Assembly: GCA_963707985.1 (NCBI GenBank)
Contig: CAVPRW010000014.1
Coordinates: forward strand, 32,001-96,000
Origin: an uncultured Nitrospinota bacterium
GTDB taxonomy: Bacteria; Tectomicrobia; Entotheonellia; J063; CAVPRW01
DNA: 64,000 nt
Reading direction: 5' to 3'
The translations under genes and the position numbers were made by a program. The notes under the pieces are model-generated. The model made no database searches and was not told where the DNA came from. It saw nothing but the letters and a program-made list of their open reading frames with translations. Positions 18,699 through 27,626 of this stretch are shown here, piece after piece (position 1 is the stretch's first letter; every line of letters starts with the position of its first letter).

Positions 18699-19500
18699 GT
18701 GATGGAGTGCTGCATGAGTGGTGATGGACAGGCCTTGCAAACTGATACACTCACACTCCAAATGATTCTGCAGATGGGCTATGCCGCCTACGAGCGTCAG
18801 CATCGGCTGCCGGACTACGTACGTCGAGCCGTCTGGGCGATCTTGGCGTGTCGCACGGTCGTGCTCGGTGGTCACGTCCAGGCGTGTCCGGAGGGGCATG
18901 TGGAACGGATCTGGTACGACTCCTGTCGGCATCGGATGTGCCCCCAATGTGCCTGGATCCAGGTTGAACGCTGGCTGGCCAGGCAGCGGAGCCGCCTGTT
19001 GGCCTGTGAGCATTATCATGTCATCTTCACCATGCCCCACGAGCTGAATGAGCTCTGGCTAGCCAACGTCGCCGTGATGACGCGGCTGTTGTTTGCGAGC
19101 GTGCACGAGACGTTGTTTGAGCTGTTAGGCGATGCGAAATACCTGGAGGCCCGGCCCGGCGTCATCGCCACGCTGCATACCTGGAGCCAGACGCTGCTCC
19201 TGCATCCGCACATCCATTGTCTGGTGACTGGTGGGGGCCTGAACGACGCGGGCCATTGGGTGGCGGTGAGAAACGGCTTTCTGCTGCCGATGCGGGTGGT
19301 CATGGGGCTCTTCCGGGGTCAATTGCTGGCCGCCATCCGCCAGGGGGTGCAGCAAGGGCAGCTCCGGCCTCCGGAGGGCCGGAACCAGCAGCAGGTCGAG
19401 AATCTGCTGAACAAGCTGGGCCGCACGAAATGGAATGTCCACATCCGGGAGCGCTATCCGTACGGCCACGGGGTGCTGATCTATCTAGCCCGCTACCTGC
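18699..19500 (+). mobile_element. IS91-family transposase, 3'-truncated
   Basis: ACRTVVLGGH..C, SCRHRMCPQC zinc-binding domain; HUH motif HPHIHCLVTGGG; breaks off after YLARYLR. Confidence 0.9.
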
Positions 19501-19510
19501 GATCGGTCCC

Positions 19511-19538
19511 GCGGCCGCTTAACGCTTATTCGTTCGGC
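19511..19538 (+). other. Right half of an attC site
   Basis: gcggccgcttaacgcttattcGTTCGGC; complement of GCCGAAC at 20192. Confidence 0.6.
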
Positions 19539-19561
19539 GTCAACAGGAGGAAAGGAGAAAT

Positions 19562-20098
19562 ATGCAAGCCCACTTGTGCAAGTTAGATCAAGGTGTGTTC
19601 ACCTTGACAAAAAGTCTCCATGCGTTACTCATCGTGCTCTTCCTGGTCCTCACTAGCTTCACACCTGGGAGTGCTGAGGACAAAATGGCCTCAAATAAGC
19701 AACCCCTGTCCTTTGGGAAGGATCAAACCATCATCGACCTGAATAAAGTCGTCTGGGAACCCCTCACGGGCGAGGGCATCCCCCCTGGACCTGAGATCGC
19801 GATCCTGCGTGGCAGTCTAGCAGCCGGCGGCGGAGAAGCGTTGGTCCGACTCCCTGCCAACTATACATTTCCCAACCATAGTCATACCAGTGACGAACTC
19901 TATGTCTGGCTCAAGGGCGACTTTACCTATATCGCTGAAGACGGCACGGCGACGGCTCTCAGCGGCCAAACCTACATTAGTCTGCCCGGGGGCGTGCCGC
20001 ACGCGCTGCAGTGTGGCAAGGAGCCGTGTGTCTTTTATTTACGCTATGCGCGGCCGTTTGATTACCACATTCACCCCATGCCTGCGCGTCAAAAATGA
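19562..20098 (+). CDS. Secreted cupin-domain protein (integron cassette)
   Basis: Signal peptide; PNHSHTSDE and PGGVPHA cupin motifs. Confidence 0.8.
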   Translation: MQAHLCKLDQGVFTLTKSLHALLIVLFLVLTSFTPGSAEDKMASNKQPLSFGKDQTIIDLNKVVWEPLTGEGIPPGPEIAILRGSLAAGGGEALVRLPANYTFPNHSHTSDELYVWLKGDFTYIAEDGTATALSGQTYISLPGGVPHALQCGKEPCVFYLRYARPFDYHIHPMPARQK

Positions 20099-20191
20099 TG
20101 GGATGCGTTGCAGGAGCGGGGCGTTACCCATGCCATCAGGACCCAAGAGGGCGGACGCGCCTTGACCTTTTCTCCCGGTGACCGCCTCCGC

Positions 20192-20315
20192 GCCGAACAA
20201 CGGTGTGCGGGTGATCCGCGTTGCACCGGAGCCGACATGCGTGACGCCTTCACCAACTGATTGCTCTCATAGGCTTGGGGGCAGACGGTTTCCGGGGCAC
20301 CGTTATCGGTTCACG
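20192..20315 (+). other. Degenerate attC site
   Basis: GCCGAACaacggtg...caccgttatcgGTTCACG. Confidence 0.55.
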
Positions 20316-20335
20316 GGATGAGGGGAGGAACAAGG

Positions 20336-22246
20336 GTGACAGACTCCAAGGTTACACAAAGGCTCGTGGCCATATTGGCTGCGGATGTTTACGGGTATTC
20401 GCGCCTGATGCAGGACGATGCACAGGCTACCGTCGCCACCCTGGACGCATCCCGGCAGGTCTTCCGAGAACAGATTGCCGTCCATCAAGGCCGAGTCGTG
20501 GACATGGCTGGCGATGCGGTGTTGGCGGTGTTTGAGACGGCCATCGGCGCCGCCGAAGCGGCCATGCGGATCCAGGCGGCGTTGACTGAGCGCAACACCC
20601 AGCTGCTCGACAATCGCCAAATGCTGTTCCGGGTCGGCGTCCACCTTGGCGACGTCATCGAAAAACCCGACGGTACCGTCTATGGAGATGGCGTCAACAT
20701 TGCCGCGCGTCTGGAAAGTCTCGCCGATGCTGGAGGCGTGGCCGTGTCCGGTATCGTCCATGACGTGGTCGGGCGCAGGCTCCAGGCCGACTTCGAATAT
20801 CTGGGCGAGCACATCGTCAAGAACATCGCAGAGCCCGTGCGCGCCTATCGGATTCGAGGGGCGAGCGAAACGGCCGCAACGTTGCCGTCTCCCCCTCCTG
20901 GTCGTGGCAGCGGCCCGGCGCAGATCATCTTCGCGAGCGCATTATTCGCCCATGTCCTTGCGCAAGCGCGCGCTGTCGCGGCGACAGAGGCGACAGTGCT
21001 CATCGCAGGCGAATCCGGTGTCGGCAAAGAGCTGATTGCCCGACGCATTCATGAGCAAAGCCAGCGTCACCATGGTCCGTTCGTCAAAGTCGACTGTGCG
21101 TCCATGCCGCCAGAGCAGTTTGACAGCGAATTCTTTGGACAATCGGTTGGTGCATTGCCCGGCGTGACACGTGAGCAAGCGGGTCGCTTAGAGCTGGCGG
21201 ATCGCGGCACCTTGTTTCTTGATCAGGTCGAGGAGATCCCGCCAGCGTTGCAGGCAAAACTCCTTAGACCTTTGCAGGATGGCACCTTCGAGCGGGTGGG
21301 TGACGGCCGCACCCGCCGTGCGGCCGTGCGGTTTATCGCGGCGACCAACCGCGACCTCGCCAAAACGGTGGCCGACGGCGGATTTCGCCGCGACCTCTAT
21401 TTTCGTTTGAGTGTCTTCCCCATTAAGGTGCCGCCGTTGCGAGACAGACCGGAGGATATTCCGGTGCTGGTCAAGCATTTCCTCGCCGAACACGCTGCTG
21501 CTGCCGTCGCGCAGCTCGTGACTCACACCCAACTCGAACATCTGCAAAAATACGACTGGCCTGGCAATGTCCGTGAGTTGCAGAACCTTGTCAAGCGTGC
21601 CATGATCCTCTCGGGGGATGGCCCGTTGCGCCTTGACGAAGCTTTACCGAGTTCGGCCATCTCCTACCCGGCCCGCGCGCCCCTGGCTGAGGAACGGACC
21701 CCGGCGCGCGGCTTCTTTACTGTCTCAGAGTTTGCGGAACTTGAGCGTAACAATCTGGTCGCCGCCTTGGAAATGGCGGGATGGCACGTTGCGGGGAGAG
21801 AGGGTGCGGCGGAGAGACTGGGCTTGACGGTTGCCAAGCTCAGAGCCCGCATGAAGGCCCTCGACATCCGTCGGCCCGCGTCTGACTCGTTGTATGTGCG
21901 TCTTGGTGGGAGTCGAGGCATTGCCACGATCGCACGCGACTTGTTCGGCCGCGCCGTGGCCCATCCGGTACTCGGACGCTTTTGGAAAGGCCGCAGCACC
22001 TATGGCGTCTTGCGCGAGGAAAAACTGCTGGTCGCATACTTATCGGCGGCAGCCGGAGGGCCGGCCCATTATGTCGGGCGAGACATGCAGTCGGCGCATC
22101 AACACCTCGATATCAGCAGAACGGATTGGGAGATTTTAGAGATACTCCTGAGCACAACGTTTGCGGCGCTCGCGGTTCGCGAGACAGAACGGCGTGAGGT
22201 CACAGCATTTGTCGAAAGCCTTCGGGACGAGATTGTCAAGACTTGA
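20336..22246 (+). CDS. Fusion: class III nucleotidyl cyclase + sigma-54-type AAA+ + HTH + group I truncated haemoglobin
   Basis: AADVYGYSRL, AGDAVL, GDGVNIAARLE; GESGVGKE, GTLFLDQV, FRRDLYFRL, WPGNVREL; AAERLGL; SLYVRLGG...GGPAHYVGRDMQSAH. Confidence 0.9.
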   Translation: MTDSKVTQRLVAILAADVYGYSRLMQDDAQATVATLDASRQVFREQIAVHQGRVVDMAGDAVLAVFETAIGAAEAAMRIQAALTERNTQLLDNRQMLFRVGVHLGDVIEKPDGTVYGDGVNIAARLESLADAGGVAVSGIVHDVVGRRLQADFEYLGEHIVKNIAEPVRAYRIRGASETAATLPSPPPGRGSGPAQIIFASALFAHVLAQARAVAATEATVLIAGESGVGKELIARRIHEQSQRHHGPFVKVDCASMPPEQFDSEFFGQSVGALPGVTREQAGRLELADRGTLFLDQVEEIPPALQAKLLRPLQDGTFERVGDGRTRRAAVRFIAATNRDLAKTVADGGFRRDLYFRLSVFPIKVPPLRDRPEDIPVLVKHFLAEHAAAAVAQLVTHTQLEHLQKYDWPGNVRELQNLVKRAMILSGDGPLRLDEALPSSAISYPARAPLAEERTPARGFFTVSEFAELERNNLVAALEMAGWHVAGREGAAERLGLTVAKLRARMKALDIRRPASDSLYVRLGGSRGIATIARDLFGRAVAHPVLGRFWKGRSTYGVLREEKLLVAYLSAAAGGPAHYVGRDMQSAHQHLDISRTDWEILEILLSTTFAALAVRETERREVTAFVESLRDEIVKT

Positions 22247-22321
22247 GGGAAAGCAAAAAAGGAAACAGGGGTATTTTTGAAGGCAATGGGGTCAGGTCTT
22301 GAATCGTGCATCCTAAACCTG

Positions 22322-22395
22322 GCCGAACAGAGCAGTGGAGCTGACTGGGAAAAAGCTAGCGCTTTTTCCCAGTCAGCTCACCGCCAGCCTTCGGC
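22322..22395 (+). other. attC site (R' G-to-C variant)
   Basis: GCCGAAC..gagctgactgggaaaaagc / gctttttcccagtcagctc..CTTCGGC. Confidence 0.85.
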
Positions 22396-22473
22396 CTCTC
22401 AAACTGACTTGACGCTCTCTGCGAAAACTGCGACCTTCTCCAGGAGACATGCAGAGAAACAGGAGGTGCCATC

Positions 22474-22725
22474 ATGTCCCCGAAGCTCACGCAGTTACTT
22501 GACGAAATGACGCCACAGGAACGAGCAGAAGTGGAAGCCTTTGCGGCGTTTATCATTGTCCGTCGGCAGTTACAGCAGCCCCAACTCCTCACGGACGATA
22601 TCTCTGTCCAGGAACTGACGGAACTCGTGGCGGCCTCCGGCAGTTTTGACTGGCTCAATGCGGAAGAAGAGGATATCTATTCCCTTGAGGATGGTGAGGC
22701 CGTGCAATGGCCCAGTCCCTCGTAA
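22474..22725 (+). CDS. Putative antitoxin (DUF2281-like)
   Basis: Small acidic protein, EVEAFAAFI...SFDWLNAEEEDIY, overlapping the downstream toxin. Confidence 0.7.
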   Translation: MSPKLTQLLDEMTPQERAEVEAFAAFIIVRRQLQQPQLLTDDISVQELTELVAASGSFDWLNAEEEDIYSLEDGEAVQWPSPS

Positions 22726-23069
22726 AACGTGGGAGTGTGGTGCTGATCCGCTACCCGTTCACGGATCTGACCGGTGCGAAAGTCCGCCCTGCGCTCGTAC
22801 TGACACCCGACCATCTGCTGCCCCGCCTGGAAGACGTGCTCTGTCTGTTCATCTCCTCCGTGATGCCGGAGGAGCTTCTCCCCACGGATTTCATCCTGGA
22901 ACCTGGGCAGGCGTCGTTTCTCAACACAGGGCTGAGGCGTCGCTCCGTGCTCAGAATGCACAAGTGAGCGTTACTCCATAAGGCGCTCGTGCTGCGGGTC
23001 TTGGGTGCGGGAGATCAACCGCTCATGCACGAGGTCAATCAACGGTTGCGTCTTGCGTTGGGTTTGTAA
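22707..23069 (+). pseudogene. PemK/MazF-family toxin with internal stop codon
   Basis: RGSVVLIRYPFTDLTGAKVRPALVL; TGA at 22965-22967, frame continues ALLHKALVLRVLG...RLALGL*. Confidence 0.85.
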
Positions 23070-23214
23070 AGGCACGTTGAGGCAGGGCCCGAAACATCGT
23101 ATGGATGGCAGTAGCCGCAAGGCGCTATCCTCTGGGCGTTGCTGTCCTTGGCTGGGGGGGGGGCAGCGAGTTGGGAAGCACATGTCTGCACAGGATTCTC
23201 AGTGCCCCTCCTGA

Positions 23215-23293
23215 GCCGAACAAGGGTGTGCAGCCGACTGCCAGAAGCCTACGCTTCGCTGCGGCCTCTGGCAGCGGCTGACACCTGGCGTTA
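23215..23293 (+). other. attC site interrupted at R' by an intron
   Basis: GCCGAAC..ggtgtgcagccgactgccag / ctggcagcggctgacacc..GTTA|gtgcg. Confidence 0.9.
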
Positions 23294-23512
23294 GTGCGCC
23301 AAGCGAAGCTTGGCGCTTCTTGCAGGGTGGAAGTCCCTGTGGAGCAAGGTCTAACCAACCACTCCTCCCGAGTGTGGCACCTGTTGAGGAGGTGACAACC
23401 GAACGCACCAGGTGAAGCGGACACAGGGTACCACGGAGACCGCAGGAGAGACCGCACGCGCCAAAGCTTGAGACAGCCCCGTGATCGCGGCTTCTGCAGA
23501 CGGCGATGGGTG
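23294..23512 (+). ncRNA. 5' fragment (domain I) of a group II intron, class E/C-like
   Basis: GTGCGCCAAGCGAAGCTTGGCGC...gcagggtggaagtccctgt...tgaagcggacacagg; cut off by IS3. Confidence 0.75.
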
Positions 23513-24771
23513 TGTTGTGGTTTAATAGAAACGGACACCTTGATACGGGTGATACGCTAGTGGCAGGAGGTGTCCGATGATGGCAGACAAACGCAGGACC
23601 GATCCCGCGGAATTCACACGGGAAGCGGTCCATCTCGTCACAGAGCAAGGCTATGCGGTGGCCGAAGCGGCCCGCCACCTCGGGCTCAACCCCCATATGC
23701 GCCAGCGCTGGCAGCGCGAGCTGACGGAGCACGAGCCCGCCGCCTTTCCAGGCCACGGCCGTGTGTTGCCCGCGCAGGCAGCCCGGCCTCAGTTGCAGGA
23801 AGAAAACCAGCGCTTGCGGAGGGAACGCGACATGGTCAAAAACGCCCTGGGCTTCTTGGCCCGCGAGTCGAGGTGAGAGACGCCTTTCTCCTCCAGCCCC
23901 AGGACACCTGGCCGATGGCGGGCTTGTGTGAGATGTGGGAGGTCAGTCGCCGCGGCTTGTCGGCGTATGCCCAGCAGCCAGCTGCCCCCCGGATCGATCG
24001 AGACGACGTGGCCCGACTGGAGCGGGTGAACGCGATGCATGCGGAGACGGGTCAGCGTGATGGGCGTCGGCGGATGGCCACACCACTGCCAGCCGAAGGC
24101 TTGACGGTGGGACGGGCGACGGCCAGGCGCTTGATGCGGGACGCAGGCCTGTCGGTGCGGCGTCGCACCCGGCGTGGACCGGTCACCACGGACCGTCAGC
24201 AGCGTGATCCGGTTGCGCCGAATCGCTTGGCGCGGCCGTTGGAGGTCGAAACGCCCGATCACGTCTGGGTCGGGGATCTGACGTCTGTCTGGACCGCCGA
24301 GGGGGGGTATCCGTTGCCGTGCGGCTCGATGTGTCGTCGCGGAAGGTCGTGGGTTGGGCCATGAGTGCCCCCATCGACTCCGCCCTGGGGCAAGCGGCAC
24401 TCCGGATGGCGCGGGGGCGCCGGAATCCCACCACGGGACGCCTGCACCCTGCCGACCGTGGGAGTCCATATGCCGGTCATGACTCCCAACACCTGCTGGC
24501 CACCTCTGGCAGGCGTTGTCGCATGAGTCGTCAGGGCGAGTGTGTGGACCATGCGGTCGCCGAGCGCTTCTTTGGCCGTCTGAAACGCGCACGCCCGGAT
24601 CGGCGCCATGAGGTGACCCGCCAGGACGCGAGAGCCGACGTGGTCGACTCTATGGAGATGTTCTATAACAGCAAACGGTTACACTCATATGTGGGCTCTG
24701 TCAGTCCCCATGCCTATGAGGTCTCAGCGAAAGTTGCTGAACTCCGTGTCCGTTTTTCCTTGACCACAACA
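23513..24771 (+). mobile_element. IS3-family element, degenerate
   Basis: 26-bp TIRs tgttgtggtttaatagaaacggacac / gtgtccgtttttccttgaccacaaca; orfA 23577-23876; decayed orfB (WVGDLT, ADRGSPY, DHAVAERFFGRLK); no target duplication. Confidence 0.9.
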
Positions 24772-25188
24772 TCCCGTATCGCCATGCCTTTGCGACACCG
24801 CACCACCTGGATCACACGAGCGTGGAGTCCGTCGTGCAGGCCGGACGAGCCCGCTGGAACATTGAGCACGAGAACAACAATACCTTGAAAACCACAGGCG
24901 ATCATCTCGAACATCACGACGGCCATGGCCAACAGCACCTGTCGGCCGTGTGACTCACACTGAATCTCTTCGCGTTTCTGTGCCATACAGTGCTGGGGTG
25001 GGCGGATCCCCAGTACCACTTGGTGCGGCAGACTCTGGCCGCCCGGCAAACCCTTTTTCAGGACCTGCAGGCGTTGACACGCGACCTCCTATTTGACAGC
25101 TGGGACCATCTCCTGAACTTCATGCTCCAGGGACTGGAGATCGCGATGTCTCCCGATGCCAGCTAGAACTTCAAAATGAGAATTGCTG
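24772..25188 (+). mobile_element. ISNCY-like transposase 3' remnant and right end
   Basis: GRARWNIEHENNNTLKTTGDHLEHHDGHG...FQDLQALTRDLLFDSW; end aaaatgagaattgctg. Confidence 0.75.
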
Positions 25189-25207
25189 GGCAAGAAGAGG
25201 AACTAAA

Positions 25208-25969
25208 ATGAGAACTTCGGCGTGCGTAGGTCGGTCTCTTCCATTCCTATTGTTACTCTTGGGCGCGTTCTTCCTCTCGAGCTGCGCCACGCAATCAGCG
25301 CGGCTTCCTCCCCCGCCACCACCGCCGCCTCCCCCGGCACCACCGCCGGCTTCCATTGAGCTAGAGGCCCCCTTCTTCCCATGGCCTCCGCCTCGGGCTT
25401 CTGCTACTGCAAGAATTCCCCGCAATCTGCTGGAAGCAGAGCGCGGCCCGACACGGCTACGAGATGTCGACAGGAGAATAACCGAGGTCCTTGAGCAAAA
25501 CGGGTACTACGAAAGCAGCTACTACGCCGTTCCTGCAGGGTTCGCGTTGGTGACGAAGATGGAGCAGATCGAGTCCGATGGAACTCCGAAGCAAGGACTG
25601 CAACGATGGATCATGACCCCCCAAACTCTTGTTAACTTTTCCCTCACTGCCTATCTTACGGCACTCTTCCGCGCTGCACCGGGCTATTACCGAGTAATCG
25701 TATTTATTGTTACGCCTCACGCGTTCGCACAGTCGGAGGTAGAGGTCAGACCGGAGGAGGCTAACGAATGGCTTAGCGGGGGCCTCAATCGCTTGCCAGC
25801 GTCCATCGGAAACCTCGATTTCTCGCGCGAAGATTACGCTTGCGCCGCACTAATCTATGAGTTCGAGCGCGCGAGCGAGGCCGAGGAACCGAGGATTCGA
25901 CGCCCCGGACTCATTCCTGGCCGTACACACCTGGTGAAGGCGGGTATCTGGGAGGTATTCCAACAATGA
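25208..25969 (+). CDS. Hypothetical lipoprotein with poly-Pro linker
   Basis: Lipobox-like LSSC after a hydrophobic stretch; Pro run; stop overlaps next start. Confidence 0.7.
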   Translation: MRTSACVGRSLPFLLLLLGAFFLSSCATQSARLPPPPPPPPPPAPPPASIELEAPFFPWPPPRASATARIPRNLLEAERGPTRLRDVDRRITEVLEQNGYYESSYYAVPAGFALVTKMEQIESDGTPKQGLQRWIMTPQTLVNFSLTAYLTALFRAAPGYYRVIVFIVTPHAFAQSEVEVRPEEANEWLSGGLNRLPASIGNLDFSREDYACAALIYEFERASEAEEPRIRRPGLIPGRTHLVKAGIWEVFQQ

Positions 25970-26424
25970 CCGCGATGATCTCAACCAGCACTTGCAAGAG
26001 ACGACTGGCAATCCTCTGGTTTGTTGGCGGTCTAGCCCTTTTCTTGCTACTGGTCTTCCAATCCATCTTCGGAAAATACGGTGTCAAGGTGGAGGAGGCG
26101 TGGGCTTGGTTCCTGCCGACCATCCTGCCAACGCTTTCGCTGATAATCGGCGTGCTGGTTTTCGACGCTACCGCTGCCGGAGGGACGGATAACCAGATTG
26201 AGCGGTTCACATTCCAACTAGCTTTCGGCCTTTCAGCTGTCTACCTTGTGCTGGTGGGCCTAATACCGCTCGTTCAGCCTTTCACCAGCTTGTCGCCGTT
26301 TGAGCTGATGAAGCGGTCAGGCCTCTGGTTAGGTCCTCTCCAAGGCTTGGTTGCGGCAAGCCTCGGAGCATTCTTTGTCAAGGGTGAGCGAGGAGGAAAG
26401 ATGGCGAAGACGACATCTAACTAA
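25966..26424 (+). CDS. Four-TM hypothetical membrane protein (cassette)
   Basis: Four hydrophobic segments; stop abuts ATCTAAC. Confidence 0.75.
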   Translation: MTAMISTSTCKRRLAILWFVGGLALFLLLVFQSIFGKYGVKVEEAWAWFLPTILPTLSLIIGVLVFDATAAGGTDNQIERFTFQLAFGLSAVYLVLVGLIPLVQPFTSLSPFELMKRSGLWLGPLQGLVAASLGAFFVKGERGGKMAKTTSN

Positions 26425-26502
26425 CCGCTCCAGCCGGTTGCCTACAGCGTCTGCTCCTACATCGCTCACACTTCCGGCAGCGGCTGAGCAGCGGTGCTAG
26501 GG
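26415..26502 (+). other. Degenerate terminal attC site
   Basis: ATCTAAC..gctccagccggttgcc / ggcagcggctgagc..GCTAGGG. Confidence 0.65.
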
Positions 26503-26647
26503 ATAGGCGACTCAAACACTCCAGACCGAAAACGGGAGGGCGGAGGTGTTATAACCCCCGCGGAGCTTTCCACTCATTGCCATATCAAAGAGATACTGGA
26601 AATTACCAGCGGAGACACGCATCCTCCAGTGAGTCCTGTGGCCTGCA

Positions 26648-27553
26648 TTAGGAGCGTAGGCGAGGGGCCGTAGTCTCCTGTAAGTGAGCGGCCAGTTCTT
26701 CAATGACCTGCGTCAGGGTGCGATTGCGATCGCGATTCTCAGGCGTTTCCTCGGCCAATGATGACGTCCCCACAAAGCGATAGACATCCGCAACACCCTG
26801 ATGGATCTTCGAGGGTAACCCGAGATCGCCAAAGGTCTTGGCAATCTCTTCCATCTCGCTGATCCAGCGGCCGGCCTTGGTCGGCATGACGGGAAGCTGC
26901 CGGTCGATGGTACGATACCGATCCGGCTGGCTGATCTGCCACTCTGCCAGCAAGGCCTCGTATACCCCGAACGTGTGCGCCGTCACCAGGAGCGCTGTGG
27001 CGATCGCGGTCGAGCCTTTGGTGAGCGCTGCATAGCACATCTTAAGCGCGGAGGCGAGGCCGATCTCTGCTCCCAACGACCGGATATCCAGACCACAGTT
27101 GGCGAGCTCGATAAAGTCCTCGACCCCAGGCCCTGAGGCATAAAATCGGGTGATACCAGGCCGCGTCGGAGGAGAGCCGATGATGCCTGCATCGAGGCAG
27201 CGACTGCCGGCAGTGGTGATGACCTCCGCCACCGCCTGCATCGTCCCCGGTGCGATGGCGTTACAATCCACAAAGATGGTGGTCTGTTGGGCGTTGCGCA
27301 GGGCCTCGGCCACGAGGCGCGCCATATCCACAGCCGATTCCGGGACGAGAATCGATAGAATCATGTCGGTCTCAGTCAGTAAATCTTCATAGGTGGGCAC
27401 ATCGTCGATCTGCGCTTCGCGAGCCAACATACGGGTGCGCTCACTGCGCCCCTTCAGGCAGGTTAAGACCCGTACCCCATGCCTCTGCAATACTCTCCCA
27501 ACCACGTGCCCCATATCGCCCGGGCTCAATATACCAATGGTTTTGACCGACAT
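26648..27553 (-). CDS. NAD(P)-dependent oxidoreductase (6PGDH/HIBADH-like, DUF1932 C-terminus)
   Basis: IGILSPGDMG; ASALKMCYAALTKG; RWISEMEEI. Confidence 0.85.
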   Translation of the reverse strand: MSVKTIGILSPGDMGHVVGRVLQRHGVRVLTCLKGRSERTRMLAREAQIDDVPTYEDLLTETDMILSILVPESAVDMARLVAEALRNAQQTTIFVDCNAIAPGTMQAVAEVITTAGSRCLDAGIIGSPPTRPGITRFYASGPGVEDFIELANCGLDIRSLGAEIGLASALKMCYAALTKGSTAIATALLVTAHTFGVYEALLAEWQISQPDRYRTIDRQLPVMPTKAGRWISEMEEIAKTFGDLGLPSKIHQGVADVYRFVGTSSLAEETPENRDRNRTLTQVIEELAAHLQETTAPRLRS

Positions 27554-27626
27554 AGCTCCTCCTACATTGTGAGTACGTTACAAGATTATCACCGATACGA
27601 TTCGCACGACCGCCCGCCTCATGCTG

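Noticed and set aside
22336..22381. Rho-independent terminator after the cyclase-globin gene
   Set aside because: The hairpin is the core of an attC with R''/R' boxes and has no U-tract
22965..22967. Selenocysteine or readthrough at the toxin TGA
   Set aside because: The position is normally a hydrophobic residue, not Cys; a nonsense change or sequencing error is simpler
25305..25350. Tandem ccg/cca repeat as a DNA repeat element
   Set aside because: It simply encodes the poly-Pro linker of the lipoprotein
16241..26502. CRISPR array
   Set aside because: The recurring palindromes are dissimilar, gene-spaced attC sites; no identical short repeats or cas genes
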